Shown: positions 34,368 to 45,932 of the stretch, piece after piece | Numbering within the stretch: the first letter of the stretch is position 1 | Layout: the number at the start of each line of letters is the position of its first letter | Assembly (NCBI GenBank): GCA_010015585.1 | Contig: ML975160.1 | Origin: Eremomyces bilateralis CBS 781.70 | Lineage: Eukaryota | Reading direction: 5' to 3' (one strand) | Length of the DNA stretch: 64,000 nucleotides | The notes under the pieces: generated by a model | Databases searched by the model: none | Told to the model about the DNA's origin: nothing | The model's input: only the letters and a program-made list of their open reading frames with translations | Translations under genes and position numbers: made by a program

Positions 34368-37300
34368 ATGGATGTGAACGAGGTCCTCCGTGGCACCCTC
34401 TCACCGGGTCCGTCCCGTCCCTGATATGATCATGGAGAACAAACGCTGACAGACAAAACAGATGCCAATATACGGAATCAAGCGGAAACACAACTCAGTC
34501 AGGCGGCCGATGCCGATTTCGTACGTCGTCCATATCGTTGTTGTTCTTACGTCATATTTACGGAAACAGGCTGGATATTTGACCACCCTCGGTCAAGAAC
34601 TCGCAAACGAGAATGCTCAAGCGGACATACGAGTGGCGGCTGGTTTGGCGCTGAAGAATGCTTTCGCTGCTCGAGAGATCACGCGGTTGCAGCAAGTCCA
34701 GGCGAAATGGGTGTCCGAAATCGAGCCGGCGGTGAAGGAATCGGTGAAGGAGCTTGCCCTGAAGACTCTCTCTTCGAACGATAGCCGTGCTGGAGGTGCC
34801 GCCGCCCAATTTATCACCGCGATTGCATCGATCGAGATACCCCTGAACAAATGGGATCAGTTGATGCCAAAGCTCGTGGAAAATGTCAGCAGCGGCGAGT
34901 CCCATCAACGTATGGCGTCTCTCACGACGATCGGGTACATTTGCCAGGCAGATGATCCCAGGCTCCGCAACTCCCTGTCGTTGCACAGCAATGCCATCCT
35001 AACGGCCGTCGTTCAAGGCGCAAGAAAGGAGGAAAGCAGTGCCGATGTGCGATTCACTGCTGTCACGGCGCTTAGTGACTGCCTGGAGTTTGTACGGTCC
35101 AACTTCGAGAACGAGGGCGAGCGCAATTTCATCATGCAGGTAGTGTGCGAGGCCACACAAAGCGAAGAAACGAGGATTCAAGAAGCTGCCTATGGTTGCC
35201 TCGGACGGATCATGAGCATCTATTACGATAAGATGCGATTCTACATGGAAAAAGCCTTGTTCGGTCTGACAATCATGGGCATGAAGAGCGAGGATGAGGA
35301 AGTTGCGAAGCTTGCAATCGAATTTTGGTGCACGGTGTGCGAGGAGGAAGAGAACATCGAAGATGACAACGCTCTGGTACGATATCTCCCGGTCAATAAA
35401 CCCAGCAATATACTAATTCCATGGACAGGCCGCCGTTCACGGTTCAGACCTCCGTGTCTTCCACAATTTTGCTCTCATCGCCACACAAGAGATTGTCCCC
35501 GTCCTTCTGGAGCTTATGGCCCATCAAGATGAAGATGCCGCCGACGACGAGTATAACGTTTCCCGCGCCGCTTACCAATGCCTTCAGCTTTGGTCAAGAG
35601 CCGCGAGAGATGCTGTGACAGGACCGGTCATTTTCTTCGTTGAGAAGCACATTCGATCCGAAGACTGGCATTACCGCGACGCTGCCGTGGCTGCTCTTGG
35701 GGCAATCATGGAAGGTCCCGACGAGAAGGTACTGGACCCAATCGTGAGGCAAGCACTACAAATCTTGATCGGCATGATGGAGGACCCTGTCGTCCACGTC
35801 CAGGACTCCGCGGCATACGCACTCGGACGCATCTCCGAGGCAGTCCCAGATGCCATCGATCCGGCCGTGCACTTGCCTATCATGATCCAAACGTTGTTCA
35901 ACGGCCTCATGAGCAATCCCAAGATGGCTTCTTCCTGCTGCTGGGCTCTGATGAACCTCGCGGAGCGCTTTGCCGGCGATCCCGGGTGCGATGAGAACCC
36001 AATGACACCTAAGTTCCAGGAGAACGTGCAGCGCTTGCTCGATGTGACGGAACGCTCTGGGGCGGACAGCCAGCTTCGTACAGCCGCGTATGAGGTTCTC
36101 AACGCCTACGTCGCCAATTGCGGCAACAACTCGAAAGCAATGGTCGCCAATCTGTCCGGCGTCATTCTGGATCGATTGGAGAAGACCATCCCATTCCGAC
36201 AGCAGGTGGTGAGCGTTGAGGACACGCTGACGCTAGAGGATATGCAGACGAGCTTGACCAGCGTGGTCATGACCATCATCCAACGACTGGAGGTGGAAGT
36301 GGCCCCTCTCGGTGATCGCATCATGCAGGTTCTGCTTCAACTTCTCAACACTGTCGGCCCTAAGTCAACCGTCCCAGACACCGTATTCGCCACGGTCGGC
36401 GCACTTGCGACGTCCATCGAGGGCGACTTTGCCAAATATATGGAGGCATTCGCGCCTTACCTGCTCAACGGCCTATCCAAGCAAGAGGAAGAGAATTTGT
36501 ATTCCATGTCCATCGGCTTAGTGCAGGATATCACCCGCGCTATCGGCCCTGCGATCAGTCCTTTCTGCGACGCGTTGATGAATTCCCTCCTTGAAAATCT
36601 CAAAGTAAGTGAAATGGGATTCCCAACGCGTGGCTTCCAGACTAACAAAGTCCAGTCCAATATCCACGGCAATCACTATAAACCCCCACTAGTCAACTGC
36701 TTCGGTGATATCGCTAGTGCGATTCTGGGCGATTTTGAGAAGTACATGTCCACAGTGGTGGAGATTTTGACGCAAGCATCCACAGTCAGGTATGAAGAGC
36801 AGCTATTTGTGGAGCAGCAAGACTATATCACCAGTCTTCGAGAGGCTGTTATGGACGCTTGGTCCGGAATTATTGAGGCCATGAAGAAGAGCGGAAAAAG
36901 TAAGTCTAGCTCCATTGCTTTTGTGGATTTTCGCTGACCTTGATCAATTAGCACCATTGCTATCTGCTCACATTGAATCGATATTCGGGCTCATCAAGTC
37001 AACATGGGATGAGCAACTACGGGGAGAGGGTCTCATGCGCTCAAGCATGGGTGTGGTCGGGTAAGGCATACTATATCTCGTTCATGAATTTATCTAATCG
37101 CCTCCACAGTGATCTTGCAGAAGCATTTCCTCATGGGGAGTTCGCCGAATACTTCCGACAGGATTGGCTCCAGGACATGGTGAAAGCTGTGAGGAAAGAC
37201 CGACAGTATCATGGAAATACGACTACAACCGCTCGCTGGGCCCGGGACCAAATCCAACGTCAAATCGGTACGTGAAGCACCAAATTTATTCCCCGGTTCC

Positions 37301-37445
37301 AGATCCCAACTTGTCGGTGTGCTTGAAACTGTGTCGGATTAACAAGGCCTGTCATGCCTGGCACACGTACCCTCACCTCACTCCTCCCGAATGTCACTAA
37401 CATAATATTCTTACTCAAGGCGGCATCCAAGGTCAAATGGCATAA
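34368..37445 (+). CDS. KAP95: Importin subunit beta-1 (karyopherin beta)
   Basis: MDVNEVLRGTLSP..AETQLSQAA..IRVAAGLALKNAF, NFENEGERNFIMQVVCEATQ, AIEFWCTVCEEE, HEAT repeats; 7 introns; stop TAA 37443-37445. Confidence 0.95.
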
Positions 37446-37737
37446 ATGACAATCACATCACGATTCCATCCCCATTGGGTCGATGGGTCGCTCGCCTGGC
37501 CTCTCACCTAGCCCAGCCTCCTCCCGCTGAGGGTTGGGCCCGAGCCGGCTGCACACGTCTTGAGGCGCAACGGCGTTGCTAAAGTCGATAACAGAGCGAC
37601 GCAACCCGAAGAACCCACGCAAGAGCGGTCGTCAACATGCTCGCCAACGGCGCGATCTCGCTTCGGAGCATCGCCTTGCGGCTCTTCCTCACAGACTGGC
37701 ACTTACCCCCCCAGCCCTCGACATGCGTCCTCCTACC

Positions 37738-37841
37738 GCAATCCCTCCCCCAACGCACAGTCACCTCAGTNNNNNNNNNNCAGCGCACAATCACCGCAGT
37801 CCAATCCATCCCCCACCGCACAGTCACCTCAGTCCAATCCA
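37738..37841. repeat. 33-bp minisatellite (CCAATCCATCCCCCACCGCACAGTCACCTCAGT-like) interrupted by a 10-N assembly gap (37771-37780)
   Basis: Near-identical units on both sides of the N run. Confidence 0.75.
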
Positions 37842-38513
37842 AGCATTGCACTGATAACGGCAACAACCCCTGCCCCCAGCCCCATTGGTTCCACCCCGCC
37901 GATGAATCCATGTATCCCCCAAGTCATGTAAGGAGATGGGAGATCACGCTTGTGGCCCATTCTTCCGGAAGTCGAGATGGAAAATCACACGAATTTCACC
38001 CCCGACTGATTTACGAACTCACCCCGAATGGTTTCCTTCTTTGCAACTAGGGTTGGTCGTCGGTATTTCCGCGCCAACCAGAACATCCCCTGTAATGTAG
38101 AATAGATACTCCCCAAGGCATTGAAATACTGTTCCCCGCATTTGTCAAGCAAGCGCCATTACAAAGTACCTACCTCCAGCAGAGACGTTTCTGGAGACGG
38201 GTCTGCCTACATCAGCTGGTTGTCGCCTCAGCTATCGCAAACAAATAAAAGCCTAATAAATCAACAAAAAGTATCCAAAACACTCCTATTCCAGTGACGT
38301 CACAGACGTTCAAGTGCCCCAGAATCTGCGCTTGGCCAAGAGTGAGCACCAAAAGTGAGGGCCGTTCTTACGGAGAGCGTCATGTAGACTTGGTATTATT
38401 TTTCTCCCTAAGAGCGGATGGTCATTTATCGAGAACTCGATTCATCTTGGTCGAGCGGAGGGTGGAATACTCTGGGGGGTATGTGGCTTGACCCGCGAAA
38501 GTTCAGTTAAATA

Positions 38514-38601
38514 GCCGGAATGGCGCAGTGGTAACGCGTTTGGCTTGTACTCTACCGAGACGGAGACCAAAAGACCCCTGGTTCAATCCCAGGTTTCGGC
38601 A
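38514..38601 (+). tRNA. tRNA-Thr(TGT): tRNA-Thr(TGT) with a 16-nt intron (38550-38565)
   Basis: Acceptor GCCGGAA/TTTCGGC, A box TGGCGCAGTGG, anticodon stem TTTGG/CCAAA with TGT at 38546-38548, T arm CCTGG-TTCAATC-CCAGG. Confidence 0.93.
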
Positions 38602-38610
38602 TTTCTTTTT
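38602..38610 (+). terminator. Pol III oligo-T terminator of tRNA-Thr
   Basis: TTTCTTTTT immediately follows the discriminator base. Confidence 0.7.
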
Positions 38611-40167
38611 ATCTAAATTAATAGACAGCATCGAAAAAACAGTGTCTCCGCTCAGATACTGAATTTTTTGCACCCTACTCTGTAGAGGGCGATGACGGGA
38701 AGGAGTTCATGGATCGAATCACGTGAAATGCCTCGCCGCCGTCGTCATCACCATCATTCCAGCTTTCACCTTGTCGCTTCTCATTTATTTGTTTCCCATC
38801 AATCTCTCCCATAGCTTGCTTAACTTCTGGCAGCAAATGTTTTTGCTTTTAGCTATTTGTTACTGGCCATATGACCGCCCAGGCCGAAAACTCAGCGTAT
38901 CCACTCACCATACATAGAGTTATCGCCTATCGGACCTGGTTCAATCCTCCAATCTCGGTGTCTGCTACTAGATTCCAGACCGGTCTCCAGGGATCAACAT
39001 CATTGATAGCTTAACTTCCTTTTCCGCGTCCCCTGCCTCCATCTTCTCGCATTCAGTCATTCTCCCCCGAAAGAAGTCCCTCATACTGTGGTGAAGAGGA
39101 TTATCTACCCCGACTGATGCGGATTAGATTTGGATCTTCGAGATCGAGAGCATCCAGGGGCCGAGAACAAATAAGGATCTCTTCTTCATTGCTCGATACT
39201 CCGAAGCAAGCAAACGCAACTGTGTAATATCTAGTCTACCACCCTCGATCTTCTAGCAAAATCTTCTTCCTAGTCAGACCTAGCGATCTGTCTTCGTATT
39301 TCGTATATCAAGAGTCGCTGTCGAGTCACGATGATTGATTCTATATGTTTCCACACCTTCGCCCTTCCGTGAGTACGCTGATCGGTTAGGGCCCTTTTCG
39401 GATGGATCCTCTGCCACAATCTGATGCCCCAGCGCCAGGGATAGAGAACTAATAAATAAGAGCAAAACGCCAGAGCCCAGAGTGGCCATGGTTTCTCAGA
39501 TTTCAGACTTGAGACTTCAGTGCAGAGTTCCAGAATCCAGCAGTAGTGTCAGCGACCCCTACCACCAGTTTGCCTTTACTCGCGCCCCACGCCCATTACA
39601 TCAATCTTGATAAGACCTCACAATCTATCCTGTGTCCTCACATATGCTGCCTCTGAATGTTCTATCGACTGCACTTTATCGCGTCTTCGGTCCGAAAGTA
39701 ATACCCACTACATGGTTTGCTCCTCAAAGTGGCTATATACTCGGAGGAAAATGTCCCACTTAATAGTTTGTTACACCAACCGTCCTCTGATTTCAATCAT
39801 TCGTTGATTAATTGAGGGGCCCCAAATGGCTCGACGAATGCTCACGAGTTCGGTTCTTGATATTCAGCCTATGACTTTTGATTTGCCAAGGAGCTGCGGC
39901 AACCCCATATCGGATGTCTCAGAAAATGTCTAAATTAGCTACGAGACCCAAAAACGCTGCTCATGATGATCCTTCGGCCGTAAGCGGCGTTAGATGCGCG
40001 CTGGGGCTTCACCATTTCCGCGTATCTCCACTCCGCGGACGTTTACTTCTCCGAACCTTTTGTAAGCTACATGGAAAACCGGCGTCTTGCATCCTACCTG
40101 TATCTGGATATTTCCATCTGGGGATGTATACTAAGTAATATGACTGACAGACTTCAGCACTATCTTC

Positions 40168-42257
40168 ATGGAGCGACAACCCCAACCGCGCCGACGTCGA
40201 AGACTAGCCTTGTCGTGCCTTGCATGTCGGCGTCGCAAGATCAAATGCGATAAAAACGACCGGTAGCACCAGGACAAAATGGCGCTCCGAATAGCCTTAG
40301 GCTCAACGACATCCGACCACCGAGCGGTCCTCAAGGCGCACAACCAGATGCCTGGGATCTTTTGCACCGGGTGGAGAAGCTCGAAAAGTCCTCGACATCT
40401 AGTCCTATCAGCCGGCTGTCTGAGACAGATCGGGCCGCATTTGCTGGCCAGCCCGACCCGCAGGACTCGCACATAATTCTAGACAAGACGAGGGTATTGA
40501 AATAGCAGATGGGCATCGCTCAAGAGGTACAGCCTACCTTAATATGCGCTCCGTATTTGTTCACTGATCGGCTCGCAAGTTCCGACCTATCATTGCCTGC
40601 TATGTTGCGGCCACTGGATCTTGGAGTGGCTATGCTGAGGCCACCGGCAGCGGTCCGAAGCCCTCGTTCCAGGGTTCTGAAGCCGAAGCCCTGACTGTCC
40701 AGGTCGGCGAGCTCCTTCAGAAATGCAAAATCATAGCAAGGAATATCAAATTAGGACGACCAAGCAGATGTCTCTCGGGTCCCGAGTTCAGTCTTACACC
40801 CCCCCTTCCGCCAGATGGCGGACAAGATGGCAACTCTGTACTTCCGATCATTTGAGTCGTCGCATCGGATACTCCACGCACCTACGTTTTGGACCGAGTA
40901 CCAGAGATTTTGGAGCCATCCAGAAAGCATCACGACTGCCCTTCGTCTCAAGATCCTTCTCGTTGGTTTAGGATCTAGTCTATACGGACAGGAAGACGCA
41001 AGTGCTGAATTTTGCAGTCTAGTCCTTCAATCGATATATACTACTCAGACCTGGCTTTCCGGACCATTAGAGAAAGACCGTTTAGATCTCACCGGGCTAC
41101 AAATCCATTGCCTAATGATTCTAGCACGGCAGATATTCTCAATCGGCGGCGACCTGGTATGGATATCGATGGGATCGCTCATCCACAAAGCCATGCAATT
41201 AGGTTTGCATCGTGATCCAAAACATCTCCCGAAAATGTCGGTATTACAATCCGAGATTCGCAGGAGGATATGGGCAACTATACTCGAAATGACTATACAG
41301 CCGTCTTTAGACTCGGAGATGCCTCCCAGACTCTTCGTCGACGAGTTTGACACCGAGGCCCCTTCTAATGTTAACGATGATGAGATGGACGAATCTACTA
41401 CGGGGATCCAACCCCACCCTAAGGGCAAATATACCGCCACATCGATGCAGCTTATTCTACTCGACTCGGTACCTACCCGCTTCCGGATCCTGCGGCTTCT
41501 GAACGGCTTGCACACCGAGCTTTCATACTTGAATGTCCTTACGCTAAGATCAGAGCTTACAGAAGCATGTCGGGTGGCCAACAGTTTCATGAAGGAGAAT
41601 GGGGAGTCCGGTATAACGACGTTTCACCGAAATCTACTCGGCTATCTAGTTCGTCGGTTCCTGCTCCCTCTGCACTGTCCATTCGCCACCACCGCGCAAA
41701 CAAACCCATTGTTCTACCACTCGGTCAAGGTCAGCCTAGATGCTGCCATGGCCATCATCTCCCCCGGGCCAGACGAAGGCTTTTCCCGTCTTATGGCTAT
41801 TAGCGGAGGCTTATTCAGAGAGGGCTTCAGAAGCGCAATGACGGCCATTACCCTCGAGCTTCTCGTCCAGGTCGAGGCCCAGCGCCTCGACGGGACGCTA
41901 CTCCGTAACCTACAATATAGAGGTCTTCTTAAGCAAGCCGTAAAGGACATCATTGAGTTGTCCGCGGAGCGGATCCGGCAAGGCGAGACTAATTTTAAGA
42001 GCCATATGTTCCTAAACATGATCCTGAGCCAGGTCGAGGCGATTGAAACGGGCACTTCGTGTGAGATTAAGATTTCACAGAGTGCTAGGGACAGCCTCGA
42101 GTTCTGTCATGATCTACTAAGAACACGAGCTGACACTGTCCCTTTACCGTATCCCAGCGATATCGGTCTCACATCAACGAGGCCTAATGGTGAGCAGGAT
42201 GACTACGGGTTTGACTTCAACTTGGATTTTTTTCCGCCAGATGGTGGCTTTTCTTAG
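40168..42257 (+). pseudogene. Degenerate Zn2Cys6 transcription factor (fungal-specific TF domain intact, DNA-binding domain broken)
   Basis: MERQPQPRRRRRLALSCLACRRRKIKCDKNDR then TAG (40264-40266) after only 3 of 6 Cys; a second TAG near 40504; frameshift in the C-run near 40800. Downstream ORF 40815-42257 has AMQLGLHRDP and EIRRRIWATI. Confidence 0.82.
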
Positions 42258-42770
42258 TGTAATAAGCGCCCTAAGCCATGCCTGCTTAATTCCTGCTCTG
42301 TAATATCATGTCGTCTAGTTGGATTGCTTCTCTGAAAGCGCAGTACGTCTACCCATAGACTGATCCCTCCGTACTCTCCTTCCCCCCTCTCCACTCTGCA
42401 GGTTTCGTGTAAAGGTATGACACAAACCAGGTCCTCGGATTTTTACTAGGCATCCCGTCTAGACGTGATCTAGGCCTATGGTGGGTTCCTCCAGCGGCAT
42501 GCTGCATTCTGTCGGCCGAGACGGAGTTGGCGGCCTTCGCATGTCCACACAGAGATAATCAGCCCCACCAGTATCAAATACAAAAGAATTGGTTTACTAT
42601 TTAACGAATTTTCATCAACGTCAGTCGTTTCAGTCAATACAGTCGATTATTGCCTACTTTTCTACCCAAAGAAGTCTTGTTCAGGTACGCTCCCACTGTC
42701 CTCCTGATCGAATCCCAAGCAGCTTGCGTACAACCGAAGCGCTTACGACACAAAATAGATCATAGCACGA

Positions 42771-44060
42771 ATGAAGGTCCTCATCACTGGTGCTGGTATT
42801 ACCGGGAACGCCCTCGCCTTTTGGCTCTCGAAGATAGGCCATGGGGTTACCATCATCGAGCAATTCCCACCCTCCGTACCACAGGGCTCCAGGTCGATCT
42901 TCGAGGCCATGGGGTTGAGGCTATGAGGTGCATGGGTCTTGAGCAGGTTTTTCGCGCAAAGCTGGCCCCGGAACAAGGCCTACAAGTGGTCGACAAGTCT
43001 GGGAGACGGCGGGCGTATTTCCCTGCGAATAAGTCTAGCAAGGGCTTGCAGAATTTCACCATCGAATTCGAGATTATGAGAGGGGATCTATGTCGCCTTA
43101 TATACGACGCCACGAAGGATCGGGCCAAGTACATCTTTGGGGCGTCGGTCGAGAGCTTTGAAGAGAAGGAAAACTCGGTTGAGGTTCGGTTTACGAATGG
43201 CTAGATGGGCGTATTTGATCTTTTGGTCGGTGCCGATGGCCAGGGATCACGCATCCGAAAGATGATGTTCGAATCCAGGATCGCCGACGCAGCATACCAT
43301 CCGCTCAAGGGCGTCAATATGGCATACTTTACCATTTGTCAGCCCATACGAGAAGGAGAAGAGTATATCGCCACAGCCTATATGGCTCCCGGAAAGCGAG
43401 TAATCATGACTCGAAGGCACAGTCCGCACGAGATCCAGGTATACCTGGGCTGCACGACCAATTCCGAGCGACTCAAGAATGCTCGCCAGGAGGGAGATGT
43501 CGGGGAGCAAAAGGCTGACTGGGAAGAGGTCTTTCAAGGCGCAGGGTGGCAAACAGAAGGGATCTTCAAGTCTCTAATGGGCGGTAACACGGACTTCTAT
43601 GACGAGTGCCCAGCCATGGTCAAGCTGGAGTCCTGGTCCCGTGGACGCGTGACACTTATTGGGGACGCCGCCTATTGCCCAACGGCAACCACGGGATTGG
43701 GCACAACCTGCGCCATTATCGGTGCTTATGTCTTAGCCGGCGAGATTGGGAGGCCCTCTAGACGCTCGAACGGAGAGGATGTTGATAGAAGGGATGACGC
43801 CAAGTATGGTCCTGCGACTGCGCTCGAGGCATACCAGCGAAAGTTCCAACCCTTCATCGATCAAGTCCAGAAAGGGGTATCCGTATCGGAGGATACAGGC
43901 TTTTTGGACATGCTGACGTCGTCGCCATCCGGTATTGCTATTCTGAACAATCTTTGTAGGAGTAGCCTCGTTTTTGAGGCTGAATATTGGCAAATGGTTT
44001 CTGAAGGAGAATGTAAAGGGGTGGGTCCTCCCGGAGTATGAAGAAATGTTGCGAGATTAG
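42771..44060 (+). pseudogene. Degenerate FAD-dependent monooxygenase (UbiH-like / FAD_binding_3)
   Basis: MKVLITGAGITG Rossmann motif; frameshift near 42868 before LRTTGLQVDLRG; in-frame TAG 43202-43204 just before FDLLVGADG; GRVTLIGDAAYCP; a further frameshift near 43953; the shifted frame ends GWVLPEYEEMLRD at TAG 44058-44060. Confidence 0.85.
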
Positions 44061-44423
44061 GTCAATAATGCAGCCCGGCAGCCTAAGTATGTAAAAACAT
44101 ATCCTCAACTCACTTTGCGCGGTAATAAATAATGTTGATTGATATGTAAGAATCTAGGAGCAGGAAAGGAGATGACGGAATTGGTACTCCGTGTCAGCGT
44201 GTCTCTGCTCTGCTCCGATCTGATACCTGAGCTACTGCGCCACATGTCTTGCCAGCTACGCCACATACCTATGCCTACTATGCGACCATAGTGTATTCAC
44301 GTCACCCCCGTCCTGATGATTCCATCCAACCATTTGACCAACAGGACCGTAATTCAAGCTGGCAGGGTCTTGCGTAATGCCACGAAGCTTACTTTAACAC
44401 GATCCCGATCCAGAAATTCCACA

Positions 44424-45538
44424 ATGTCCTTCGGTTGGAACACCATCGAATCCGATGCGGTATGTGCTTCAGATCATCAATCTGAATCCCCCTCTGACCG
44501 CGAGACCAGGGTGTGTTTACGTTCCTCCTCCAGGAGCTAGGAGCAAAGGACGTTCAGTTCGAAGAGCTGTTTGCTCTGGATGCGAATGCAATCCGGGAAT
44601 TAAGGTGTGAAGCTTCAACCCAAGAGAATCGCGTATCTCCGATTTCTAATCAATCTCCGTTGCCGTAGTCCTGTTCATGGCGTCATCTTCCTGTTCAAAT
44701 ATATCGGTCCGTCGTCCGACCAGGAGGCGGGATCTGGGGCTGCTACATCTGGCAAGCTCGATTCGGAGGCTGCGGAGCGCATATTCTTCGCCCGACAGGT
44801 CATCCAAAATGCATGCGGAACTCAAGCGCTGCTCAGCGTGCTACTAAACAAGGACGATGAAATCGAGATTGGCGACAAGATGCGAGAGTTCAAAGACTTT
44901 ACCAGCGCATTTCCAGTCGATGTAGGTTCACGGCAACTCCGCAAACAAATCACTCTACTCACACGTCGCAGCTACGAGGCGAGGCCCTCTCGAACTCGGA
45001 ACTGATCCGAACCGCTCACAATACCTTTGCACGTTCCTCTCCGTTTATCGACGAAACCCAACGCCCTGCCGACGCATCGGACGACGTTTACCACTTCATC
45101 GCATACAGCTCAATTGCAGGAAGGCTATATGAACTCGACGGCTTAGAACCGGCCCCACGAGACCACGGATTGTGTACGACGAACGAATTCCCGGACAAGG
45201 TGATACCCATCCTCCAAGAGCGAATCAGTCGGTATCCCGAGGGTGAAGTTCGATTCAATTTGATGGCCATGTGCCGGGATCTGCGCGTGAGAGCCCGGGA
45301 GATCGGAGACCAAGAATCGTTGGAACGGGAAGAAAAGAAGCGGAGGGACTGGGTGTGGGAAAATGCCCTGAGGAAGCACAACTTCGTGGGGTTCGTGGGC
45401 GAACTCACGAACGGCGTGGTACGAAGCAAAGTCGAAACCGGGGATTATCAAGCATGGGTTGATGCTGCCAAAGAGAAAACTAGGAAAAGAGTGGAGGAGC
45501 GAAGGCAGCAGGGCGTGGAGGATGAGGGTGACGTATGA
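44424..45538 (+). CDS. UCH2: Ubiquitin C-terminal hydrolase, UCH37/UCHL5 type
   Basis: MSFGWNTIESDA-GVFT, PVHGVIFLFKY, QVIQNACGTQA (catalytic Cys), YHFIAY, LYELDGL, C-terminal ENALRKHNF; 3 introns. Confidence 0.92.
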
Positions 45539-45932
45539 TCATGAGCCGTCATCGACCGTAGTTGCTGGGCCTCTGAAGTTGAGGCACAGAAACGACACCA
45601 AGAACGCCTTCTCATCGCACTACATTTGCCTCGGGGCCCTGTCCCACGCCAAGACAGCGTGCGACTGGAATCTGCTAGTAGCAGAAAGGAGGAGGAACTT
45701 CTGCCTGAATTGGAGATGCGAAACCAAACATGTGTTCTATTAGGTGGGTATCGAGTCACCAACAATATGTTGTAGCACGCAAACCAGTAAAGATTCCGAT
45801 GAAGAGCAATCGTGAACAGACGATATTAATTTGACATAGGACGTATCGCCCATATAGTCAATTACAAATATTATCGCTAAAAATAAGGGTATATATACAT
45901 CGAAATACCTAAGATTCAACGAAGGATCTCCT

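Noticed and set aside
37268..37419. Possible 20-nt cassette exon inside the last KAP95 intron (AAG|GCCTGTC..CAC|GTACCC)
   Set aside because: Weak donor and branch spacing; it would shift the terminal frame; no supporting evidence.
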